Shown here: positions 36,979 through 45,189 of the stretch, piece after piece
Numbering within the stretch: position 1 is the stretch's first letter
How the letters are laid out: every line of letters starts with the position of its first letter
NCBI GenBank assembly: GCA_040290255.1
Contig: PSMU01000003.1
Span: 1-64,000 of the forward strand
Source: Nitrososphaerota archaeon
GTDB lineage: Archaea > Thermoproteota > Nitrososphaeria > PSMU01
Direction: 5' to 3'
Length of the DNA: 64,000 nucleotides
The notes under the pieces: generated by a model
What the model was told of the DNA's origin: nothing
The model's database searches: none
Seen by the model: only the letters and a program-made list of their open reading frames with translations
Made by a program: the position numbers and the translations under genes

Positions 36979-38078
36979 TTCCCTCTAAGCACGGGCGGGA
37001 TGAGCCCCGCTCTGAGCGCGTGGTCCGCCAGCACCAGCGCTGTCACCGCCTCGACCACGGGCACCGCCCTGGGCACCACGCAGGGGTCATGCCGGCCGGG
37101 CACAACGATCTCGACCTCCTCCTTGCTGCGCAGGTCGACGGTCCTCTGGGGCTTCGCGATGGAAGCGGGGGGCTTAAAGGCCACCCTGAAGACGATGGGT
37201 TGCCCGGTGCTGAGGCCGCCCACGATGCCTCCGGCGTTATTGGAGGCGGGCTGCACGCGGTCCGCGCGAAGGATGAAGGGATCGTTATTCTGCGAGCCTC
37301 TTAGCCCCGCCGCCTCAAACCCCCGGCCGAACTCCACGCCCTTGGCCGCGGGGATGGCCATGAGCGCCCTGCTTAGGTCCGCATCGAGCGCGCCGAAGAA
37401 GGGCTCCCCCAGGCCCACGGGGGCGTTCAGCGCCACACACTCCACGATGCCGCCCACGCTATCGCCCTGCCTTCTGGCCTCTAGGATTTGGCGCTTCATC
37501 TCCTCCGCGGCCACGGGGTCCGGGCACCTTACGTCGTTGGAATACCGAAGCTCCCTTATCTTCGCGACCTCGGGCACGCGGGCCCTCACGCCCGCTATCT
37601 CCAACGAGTAGGCCAGCACCTCTATGCCGAGGGACGCCATCAGGAGCTTCTTAGCTATGGCCCCCGCGGCCACGAGCGGGGCCGTCAGCCTCCCGGAGAA
37701 CCGCCCGCCTCCCCTCCAGTCGTTGAACCCGCCATACTTGATGCGCGCAAAGTAATCGGCGTGGCTCGGCCTGGGCCTATGCTTTAGCGCTTCATATGCC
37801 TCGGGCCGCGCGTCCACGTTCCTTATGATGAGGCAGATGGGCGCGCCGGTGGTCCTGCCCTCGAAGAGGCCCGAGAGCACCTCCACCCGATCGGGCTCCC
37901 TTCTCAGGCTCGAGACCAGCGACTGGCCCGGCTTCCTGAGGTCTAGCTCCCGCTGTATCTCCTGAAGCTCCAGCTCCAGGCCCGCCGGGCAGCCGTCGAT
38001 GAAGGCGCCCACACAGGCCCCATGGCTCTCTCCGAAGAGCCCCACGACGAACCTTTCGCCCAGCAGGTTGCCGCCCAT
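36969..38078 (-). CDS. aroC: chorismate synthase
   Basis: FGESHG, TTGAP, RPSHAD, GGGRFSGR, FKP, GRHDPC. Confidence 0.97.
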   Translation of the reverse strand: MGGNLLGERFVVGLFGESHGACVGAFIDGCPAGLELELQEIQRELDLRKPGQSLVSSLRREPDRVEVLSGLFEGRTTGAPICLIIRNVDARPEAYEALKHRPRPSHADYFARIKYGGFNDWRGGGRFSGRLTAPLVAAGAIAKKLLMASLGIEVLAYSLEIAGVRARVPEVAKIRELRYSNDVRCPDPVAAEEMKRQILEARRQGDSVGGIVECVALNAPVGLGEPFFGALDADLSRALMAIPAAKGVEFGRGFEAAGLRGSQNNDPFILRADRVQPASNNAGGIVGGLSTGQPIVFRVAFKPPASIAKPQRTVDLRSKEEVEIVVPGRHDPCVVPRAVPVVEAVTALVLADHALRAGLIPPVLRGKWE

Positions 38079-39361
38079 CAGACCACCTCCGGCCTAGCTC
38101 CCAGGCTCTTCAGCGCCCGCAGATAGCCGGGAAAGGACTTGCGCACGCAGCGCGGCTCCAGGACCAGCGCGCCCTTCGGCAGGGCGAAGGCCAGGGCACA
38201 ATATGCCATGAAGAGCCTGTGGTCGCCTTGGGGATCGAGGACCGCCGACCTGGGCTCGCCGCGCCATATCCTCAGCCCCTGCTCACGCTCCTCCACCTGC
38301 AACCCTGCCTCCCGCAGCCCCTGTGCCAGCGCGCTCAGCCTATCGCTCTCCTTGAACCTGGCGTGCGCGACCCCGCCGATCTCCACCGCCTCGCGGCAGG
38401 CCACGGACAGCGCCGCCAGCACGGGGAGCAGGTCTGGGGCCTCGCCCAGCTCGAAGGTGCCGCCGCGCAGCTCCCCCGGGGCCCTGACGCTGAGCGAGCC
38501 CTGGCCATCGAGCTCGAGCTCGCAGCCCAGCTCCCTCAGCAGCCTAAGCCCCAGCGCATCGGCCTGAGGGAGGTCGAGCGCCAGTTCTCGTATGAGAGCC
38601 TCGCCTCCCGAGAGGATGACGGCGGCGGCGAGCAGCAGCGAGAGGCCTATGTCGCCCGGCGTCAGCACCTCCTGGGCCTGAAGCGATTGGCCGGAGGGGA
38701 CAATGAACTCGGAGCCGTGCCTCCTGATGCTGCCCCCAAAGAGCGAGACCGCGGCAAGCGTGGCGTCCACATACGGCGCCGAGACGAGCTTCCCCAAGAC
38801 GCGCATGCGGGCCTCCTGCTCGGCCCGAAGCGAGGCCAGCAGCAGGCCGGAAAGGAACTGCGAGGAGACGTCGCCGCGCAGAGAGGTGCTGCCCCCCCTA
38901 AGCCCTCCCCCCTCCACCACGACGGGCAGCACGCCCTTGCCCGTGGTGGACCTGGCCCTGGAGCCCAGCCCCTCCAACGCCTCCAGCAGGGGGAGCATGG
39001 GCCTCCTCCTCAGGGCTTCGTTGCCCGTGAGCACGGAGAGGCCGGGAGGCGTGAGCGCGCAGAGAGGTATGAAGAACCGCGCCGTGGTCCCCGAGCCCCC
39101 CGCATCGATCACGTCCTCCGGCAGGCGCAGGCGCTCCGGGGGCGCCACGGTCCAAACGCCAGGGCGGCGCAGCACCCTTGCGCCCAGCTGCATGCAGGCC
39201 CTGAGCGTGGCCTCGGTATCGTCGCAGGTGAGCGGCCGCCGAATGATGGTCTCCCCCGATGAGAGCAGGGCCAGGGCGAGGAAGCGATGGGTATAGCTCT
39301 TGCTGGCCGGTGCCCTTATCTCGCCCCTTAGCCTGGTGGGCCTTATCCTAACCCCCCTCAG
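38078..39361 (-). CDS. aroA: EPSP synthase (probable CTG start overlapping the aroK stop)
   Basis: Upstream in-frame GEIRAPASKSYTHR, then SGTT.R, RPM, SSQF, KESDR, DHR, KSFP. Confidence 0.93.
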   Translation of the reverse strand: MRGVRIRPTRLRGEIRAPASKSYTHRFLALALLSSGETIIRRPLTCDDTEATLRACMQLGARVLRRPGVWTVAPPERLRLPEDVIDAGGSGTTARFFIPLCALTPPGLSVLTGNEALRRRPMLPLLEALEGLGSRARSTTGKGVLPVVVEGGGLRGGSTSLRGDVSSQFLSGLLLASLRAEQEARMRVLGKLVSAPYVDATLAAVSLFGGSIRRHGSEFIVPSGQSLQAQEVLTPGDIGLSLLLAAAVILSGGEALIRELALDLPQADALGLRLLRELGCELELDGQGSLSVRAPGELRGGTFELGEAPDLLPVLAALSVACREAVEIGGVAHARFKESDRLSALAQGLREAGLQVEEREQGLRIWRGEPRSAVLDPQGDHRLFMAYCALAFALPKGALVLEPRCVRKSFPGYLRALKSLGARPEVV

Positions 39362-40224
39362 GCCAGCCTCACCGCCTTAGCCCTAGAGCTGCAGAGCGCA
39401 GCCCTCAGCACGGTTTCGCCGTGGCCTGCCCAGGCCTCGGCTATGCGCCTCGCGCATAAGGGCCTGCAGACAGCCGCCACGGCGGGGCCCGTGCCCGTGA
39501 GCCCGGCCGCGAGCGCGCCCTCTTCCAGCGCCTGCAGGGCGGCGAGGGGGGATTCGTCCAACGCGGCGCAGCAGAGCAGTCCGTTCAGCGTCATGGCGAG
39601 CGGCCAGCGTCCCTGCAGGACCAGCTCGAGGGCCTGCTCCGCAAGCGGCCTGAGGGCCCTGAGCTTGGACACCGGCACCAGGGCCTTGGGCCTGACCCTC
39701 TCCGGCACCAGGAGAAGGGCTACGAGGCCCCTGGGTGCCCTCAGCCTCCTCAGCACCCGAAGCTCTTCACAGTTGGCCACCGCGAGTCCCCCCAGCAGGC
39801 AGGCGGCGGCATCGTCCACCGCGCCCGTTATGCTGACGCCGGCCTCCCTACAGGCGAGGGCCACGAGCCTCAGCAGCTCCTCATCCGAGGCCCTCTGGCC
39901 CAGGGCGGCGATGGTCGCGAGGGCCACGGCCACGGCCACGGCGCTCGAGCTCTTCAGGCCCCTGGAGGGGGGTATCTCCGAATCGACCCGTACTTCCGCG
40001 CCCATCCCCCTTCCTCCGAAGGCCTGCAGGGCCCTGGCGCACACGAGCCTGGGCAGCGCGCCGCCTGCAATGCCCGCCGCGGCCCCCGTAACCCTAACCT
40101 CCCCGGAGCGATCCAGGCGCACGTCCGCGCAGGCCCTCAGCCTTATGGCCAAGGCCGCGCCTTTGCCCGAGGGTATCGCATTAACGATGGATATCGCGCC
40201 ATGGGCGATGGCCCTAGCCCTCAA
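39358..40224 (-). CDS. aroK: archaeal shikimate kinase (GHMP family)
   Basis: GAISIVNAI, SEIP...GLKSSSA, TGA.DDA, GLTGTGP. Confidence 0.95.
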   Translation of the reverse strand: MRARAIAHGAISIVNAIPSGKGAALAIRLRACADVRLDRSGEVRVTGAAAGIAGGALPRLVCARALQAFGGRGMGAEVRVDSEIPPSRGLKSSSAVAVAVALATIAALGQRASDEELLRLVALACREAGVSITGAVDDAAACLLGGLAVANCEELRVLRRLRAPRGLVALLLVPERVRPKALVPVSKLRALRPLAEQALELVLQGRWPLAMTLNGLLCCAALDESPLAALQALEEGALAAGLTGTGPAVAAVCRPLCARRIAEAWAGHGETVLRAALCSSRAKAVRLA

Positions 40225-41074
40225 GGCCCAGTTCCCTCCGCAGAACTGCGTGCATGAGGCGAAGCGGAGCGCGCCGGCCGGTCCAGAGCTCAAAGGCCCT
40301 GGCCGCCTGGCCCAGGAGCATCAAGTGGCCGGGCACGGCCTTGCTGCTCAGCCTTGCAGCGAGCTTCAGCAGCGGAGTCTTCGGCGGCCTATAGAGCAGG
40401 TCCAAGACCGCCCCAGTGCCCATGAGGAGCCTTGGGGAGATGGGTACCTCCACGCCCAAGAGCAGAGGCGTGGCGTTGACCAGCAGCCCAAAGTCGCCTT
40501 CGGCCGAGGAGAGCCACTCAAGCGGCCTGTACCTAGCATCGAGGTCCAGGGCCCTGGCCAGGCCGACGAGCTGCTCAGCCCTCTCGCGGCTCCTGTTGCA
40601 GATGAGCGCCTCGCCCAGGCCCTGGGCCCGGAGCGCTACGAGCACGGCCCTGGCCGCGCCGCCCGCGCCCACGAGCAGGGCGCTCTTGCCCCTTACCTCT
40701 ACGCGCCGCGCGCCCAGCGCGAACGTGACGCCGTCCACGTCGGTGTTGTAGGCCAGCAGCCTGCCTTCGCGGTTCACCACGGTGTTGAGCGCCCCTGCAA
40801 GCCGAGCCTCCTCGCTCAGCCAATCCACATGGGCGAGGGCCTCCACCTTGTAGGGCATAGTGACGTTAAAGCCTGCCCATAGGGCGCGAAGGCCCGCGAA
40901 GGCCTCCGCAAGCTTCGGGGGCGGCACGCTGAGCGCCACGTAGACCGCGTGAAGGCCGAGCCTGTGAAAGGCGGCGTTGTGCATGGCGGGGGAGGGGGAG
41001 CGCGCGACATCCTGCCCCAGGAGCCCATAAAGCGCCATCGCCGCCGGGACCTCCCGCCGCTGGGCCTGGGCCAT
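40214..41074 (-). CDS. aroE: shikimate dehydrogenase
   Basis: S.SPAMHN, NVTMPYK, NT, NTD, GAGGAARA, NATP. Confidence 0.96.
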   Translation of the reverse strand: MAQAQRREVPAAMALYGLLGQDVARSPSPAMHNAAFHRLGLHAVYVALSVPPPKLAEAFAGLRALWAGFNVTMPYKVEALAHVDWLSEEARLAGALNTVVNREGRLLAYNTDVDGVTFALGARRVEVRGKSALLVGAGGAARAVLVALRAQGLGEALICNRSRERAEQLVGLARALDLDARYRPLEWLSSAEGDFGLLVNATPLLLGVEVPISPRLLMGTGAVLDLLYRPPKTPLLKLAARLSSKAVPGHLMLLGQAARAFELWTGRRAPLRLMHAVLRRELGLEG

Positions 41075-41075
41075 G

Positions 41076-42071
41076 CTACTTCTCGATGATGAATTCATCG
41101 ACGCTCATGCCCAGGTGCCTCGCGCGAAGCCGTGAGGCGTGCACCAGAACCCTTTCGCCCGGCCCGAGGGCTGTGATGGGCTGAGGAGAGCCTCCCTCAC
41201 GCACCAGGCAGATCGTCTCCGCATCCTGCAGCGTGATGCTGCCCTCCTCTCCCTCCAACGAGGCCCTGACGAGCTTTAGCGGCCGCCGCTCTATCTTCGA
41301 TCTGCCCACCGCGATGGGCCCGCCCACGCCCTCACTATCGACGACCAGCACCCTATCCCCGGCCCTGAGCTCGCAGAGGTACCTTGTGCTCATGTCCGGC
41401 ATCAGAACATAGCTGTGCACGGCGCCCGCGTTCACCCTGAAGGGCCTGGGAGGGACGAAGGCCGAGCCCTGGGTCTCGGCGTGCACAAGGAATAGAAAGG
41501 AGGCCCTGCTGCCCACGAGCAGGCCCGAGCCCTGGCGCAGCAGGCCAACGGTGTCGATGCAGGCCCTGTCGCCGGGGCCCAGCTCCAGCACCTCCTTGAC
41601 TTCGGCGGGCCTGAGCTCGAGCCACCTGTGCTCCCTCAGCACCTCCGCGAAGCGCCGTATCTCCGCGGGGTCTTCGCTCTCCAGCAGGGCCCCCGTCACG
41701 CCCCTCTCGAGCACATGTAGCAGCTGCCGCGCCTCCGAGGCGCTCCGGGCCGTGGCGTAGAGCCGGGCCTCGGCGGGAAGGCGCGCCAGCAGGTTCTCGA
41801 TCGGAATTATCTTCCAATCCTGGGCCTCGACGAGCACCCTCGCATGCCGCGCCGCTAGGCCGATCACCTGCTCCAGGTCCTCCGGCCCGCTGACCCTGGC
41901 CAGCCGCAGCGCCCCCTCATGCCCCTCCCCTTGGCGCGCCAGCAGAAGCGCGCCCTCGAGGCCGGGCAGGGGGGCCCTGAGGACGGGGATGAGGCCGAGC
42001 TCTGCTGCGAGAGCTGCGAGCCTGCGCGCCCTCCCCTCATCCTGGGGCAATAGCAAAAGCCCCTCCTTCAT
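41076..42071 (-). CDS. 3-dehydroquinate synthase II (archaeal AroB')
   Basis: DWKIIPIEN, LERG, GDRACID, RPFRVNAGAVH, GRSKIERRP, QDAETI. Confidence 0.95.
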   Translation of the reverse strand: MKEGLLLLPQDEGRARRLAALAAELGLIPVLRAPLPGLEGALLLARQGEGHEGALRLARVSGPEDLEQVIGLAARHARVLVEAQDWKIIPIENLLARLPAEARLYATARSASEARQLLHVLERGVTGALLESEDPAEIRRFAEVLREHRWLELRPAEVKEVLELGPGDRACIDTVGLLRQGSGLLVGSRASFLFLVHAETQGSAFVPPRPFRVNAGAVHSYVLMPDMSTRYLCELRAGDRVLVVDSEGVGGPIAVGRSKIERRPLKLVRASLEGEEGSITLQDAETICLVREGGSPQPITALGPGERVLVHASRLRARHLGMSVDEFIIEK

Positions 42072-42853
42072 GCCGCCAACCTCCTGAGGGCCTGCTCCAC
42101 GGGCCTCCTCCTCAGCACGACATCGGCCAGGGCCCTGATCATGCCGAGGGGGTTCTCATGCTGAAACACGTTTCTGCCGAAGGCCACGCCGGCCGCGCCG
42201 GCGCGCATGGCGCCGGCCGCCATCTCCAGCACCTCTTTGTCGCTCTCGGCCCTAGGCCCTCCCGCTATGACCACAGGAACAGGGCAGCCCCTTACCACCG
42301 CCCTAAACGAATCGGGGTCCCCGGTGTAGACGGTCTTGACGATATCGGCCCCCAGCTCGGCGCCCACGCGGGCCACATGCGCGACGACCGCGGGATCATG
42401 GGGATCCTTGATGTTCTCGCCCCTGGGGTACATCATAGCTATGAGCGGGAGCTGCCATGCATCGCACTGCTCCGCCACGAGGCCCAGCTTCTCCAGCATC
42501 AGCGGCTCCTCCTTTGTCCCTATGTTCACGTGCACGGAAAGCGCATCGACCCCAAGGCGAAGGGCCTCGCGCACGCTGCTCACCCTGACCTTCCAGTTGG
42601 GCGCCGAGGAGAGCATGGTGCTCGCGGAGACGTGCAGGATTAGGCCCAGCCGCGGAGGCCGGGCAAGAGACCTGAGGATCCCCTTGTGGGCCAGCAGCGC
42701 GGTCGCCCCTCCCCTCTCCAGCTGCTGCACAAGGCGCTGCGGCTCCTCAAGGCCCCTGATGGGCCCGACGCTGACGCCGTGGTCGATGGGCACGCAGAGC
42801 ATCCTCCCCTCCCTGAGCAGCCTCGAGAGCCTCGTGGCCTTGCCGTTGGGCAC
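42068..42853 (-). CDS. 2-amino-3,7-dideoxy-D-threo-hept-6-ulosonate synthase (archaeal AroA')
   Basis: PIDHG, HKG, H.SAST, MMYPRG, ELGADIVK, AGGP, GRNVFQ. Confidence 0.93.
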   Translation of the reverse strand: MPNGKATRLSRLLREGRMLCVPIDHGVSVGPIRGLEEPQRLVQQLERGGATALLAHKGILRSLARPPRLGLILHVSASTMLSSAPNWKVRVSSVREALRLGVDALSVHVNIGTKEEPLMLEKLGLVAEQCDAWQLPLIAMMYPRGENIKDPHDPAVVAHVARVGAELGADIVKTVYTGDPDSFRAVVRGCPVPVVIAGGPRAESDKEVLEMAAGAMRAGAAGVAFGRNVFQHENPLGMIRALADVVLRRRPVEQALRRLAA

Positions 42854-42854
42854 A

Positions 42855-43919
42855 CTAGCTCCCCCCCAAGAGGCCCAGCGCGGCGAGCAGCTCCGCGGCC
42901 AAGATCGCCCCTCCGGCCCCTCCCCTTATCTCGTTGTGCACCAGCAGGCTGAGCTTTAGCGCGTTTGAAGCCTGTGCGCGCCGAATCCTGCCCACCACCA
43001 CGCTCATGCCCGGCACGCTGCCCGCCTCGCTGTCTATGCGGGGCTGCGGCCTGTCCTGCTCCTCGACGACCAGGATGGGCCTGCCCGGGGCCGAGGGCAG
43101 CTTCAGGCGCTGGGGAAGGCCCGTGAAGCCTGCGAGCGCCTCGCGGGCCTGCTCAGGCGTCACATCTCTCTTGAACTCCACGAGCGCCGATTCCAGGTGC
43201 CCCTCGACCGTGGGCACCCTGTGGCACATGGCCTCTACCGCGAGGTCGGCTTCCTGGACGCCCCCGTCGACGAGCCTGCCCAAGATCTTCCTCGTTTCCC
43301 TCTCGACCTTCTCCTCCTCGCCCTCGATGTAGGGGATCACGTTGCCGAGGATGTCCAGCGCCGATAGGCCAGGATATCCCGCGCCCGATATCGATTGTAG
43401 CGTGCTCACGACGACCCTCTTGATGCCGAAGGCTTCATGAAGCGGCTTGAGGGCGAGACCGAGGCCGACGGCCGTGCAGTTGGGCGTGGCCAGGAGGAAG
43501 CCGCGCCACCCCCTCCTCGCCCTCTGCGTGCGCAGCAGCTCCAGGTGCTCCGGGTTCACCTCGGGGATGAGCAGGGGCACATCGGCCTCCAGCCTGTGCG
43601 CGCTCGAATCGCTCAGCACGGCGAAGCCGCGCCCGGCGAACAGCGGTTCCTTCTCCGCCGCCGCCCGCGCGGGCAGCGCGGAAAAGATCAGGTCCGCCTC
43701 CAGGGCCTCCGGCTTGGCCTCCTGCACCACGAGCTCATCCAGCAGGCGATGACGCCTCAGCCTCAGCGGGCCGCGCACAAGCTCCGAGTATCGCCTCCCC
43801 ACGCTGCCATGGCCCGCGACGGCGCTCAGGCGCAGGAAGGGATGGTCCAGCAGCAGCTCCACGTACCTCTGCCCTATGATGCCCGTCGCCCCCAGCACCG
43901 CCACGCGCAGCTCGCGCAT
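42855..43919 (-). CDS. asd: aspartate-semialdehyde dehydrogenase
   Basis: GATGIIG, PEVN, PNC, QSISGAG, EEEK, CHRVP..GH, HN.IRG.AG. Confidence 0.96.
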   Translation of the reverse strand: MRELRVAVLGATGIIGQRYVELLLDHPFLRLSAVAGHGSVGRRYSELVRGPLRLRRHRLLDELVVQEAKPEALEADLIFSALPARAAAEKEPLFAGRGFAVLSDSSAHRLEADVPLLIPEVNPEHLELLRTQRARRGWRGFLLATPNCTAVGLGLALKPLHEAFGIKRVVVSTLQSISGAGYPGLSALDILGNVIPYIEGEEEKVERETRKILGRLVDGGVQEADLAVEAMCHRVPTVEGHLESALVEFKRDVTPEQAREALAGFTGLPQRLKLPSAPGRPILVVEEQDRPQPRIDSEAGSVPGMSVVVGRIRRAQASNALKLSLLVHNEIRGGAGGAILAAELLAALGLLGGS

Positions 43920-45126
43920 CAGCCGCTCAGCCCCCTCCCGATGAGCTCGCGGGCCTCCTCCGCCCTCTGCGCATCCACGAAGAGATGTACCGAGGAGCTG
44001 AGGGTGACCAGGCCGTAGGCGTTTATGCCCCTTTCGGCCAAGGGCCTCAGCGCGCTGGCGAGGATGCCAGGCCTGAGCTCCAGCTGGCCGCCCGTGATCA
44101 CCAGCTCGGCCAGGTTCTCGAGCTGGGAGACCGCCTTGGCCTTTCCCCGCGCGACGAGCAGCCCATGAAGGACCTGGCCCGCGCCGGGGCCCCCCTCCAG
44201 GCAGAGCAGGAGCGCGCGGTCTGAAAGGACGCACAGTGAGCACGAGAGGCCGGCCCGGCGCAGCTCGGAAAGCAGCTCCGCCGACCCCTCCCCCTCCGAA
44301 GGCAGAACCGAGGCAAGCGTCACGTTCCTAGAGCCAAGGCGCACGCCCAGCGCGGGCGCGGGCCCCTCGATCTCCGTGCCCCCGCGCTCCAGTTCGGCGA
44401 GGCTGGTCACCCTTATCTTCATGCCCTCGCGCAGCAGCCTCAGCGCCTTGGGCTGCACAAGCCTCGCGCCGCCGTTGGTGAGCAGCAGCGCCTCCTCGGC
44501 GCTAAGGCGAGGGAGCCTCGTTGCCGTCGGGAGGCCCTTGGGGTCGCCCGAATAGACGCCGTCCACGTCCTTCACCAGGATCACCTCACGGGCGCCCAGG
44601 CAGCTGGCCAGGAGCACCGCGCTCGCATCGCTTCCCCCTCGCCCAAGCGTGGTGACCCTTCCGCGGCGCGTCTTGCCCAGGTAGCCGCAGACGACGGGCA
44701 CCTTGCCCCTGGAGAGCAGGGGGAGGAGGACCCTCCTGGCCCTCTGCCGGCTCAGCTCGTACAGCGGGTTCGCATCTTGGTGGCGCGCATCCGTGACCAC
44801 CGGCCAGGACCTTGAGCTGGGCTCCACCAGGGCTGGGCTCAGCCCCTCGAGCTGCAGCGCCGCGCAGAAGAGCCTCGCGCTGGTGCGCTCGCCCATGGAG
44901 AGGATCTCATCCACCAGCTCCGGCGAGGGAGGGCCCAGCTCCTGGGCGAGCCTGGCCAGGCCGTCGGTGGCCCCCTTCAGGGCGGAGACGACCACCAGCG
45001 GCCTTAGGCCTCTGGTGTAGAGGGCCTTACCGCTCGGGCGGCCCTTCTTATAGAAGCGGGGCTATCTAAGATCGACCCGCCGAACTTTATGATACATATT
45101 GGCGGGGCATCACCGCATCCCTCCAT
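43919..45126 (-). pseudogene. lysC: aspartate kinase with a frameshift near 45025-45030
   Basis: IIKFGGS lies in a frame that stops near 45004; the body (VVVSA, GERTS, TTLGRGGSD, DVDG..DP, ACT-like region) is in another frame. Confidence 0.8.
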
Positions 45127-45137
45127 TGGCGGGGCAT
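45098..45137. repeat. 13-bp direct repeat ATTGGCGGGGCAT, two copies with period 27
   Basis: Copies at 45098-45110 and 45125-45137. Confidence 0.9.
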
Positions 45138-45189
45138 GCTTTACCTCCTGGCGCGCCTTCGGCCCAACATATTTAAGCGTTCGTGCACG

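Noticed and set aside
38219-40882. Long plus-strand ORFs (347 aa, 479 aa) and similar antisense ORFs throughout the window
   Set aside because: Shadow ORFs opposite well-supported genes, expected from high GC and stop-poor reverse frames.
43920-44243. N-terminal extension of Asd (462-aa track ORF)
   Set aside because: It overlaps lysC out of frame; the TGATG coupling at 43919 marks the real start.
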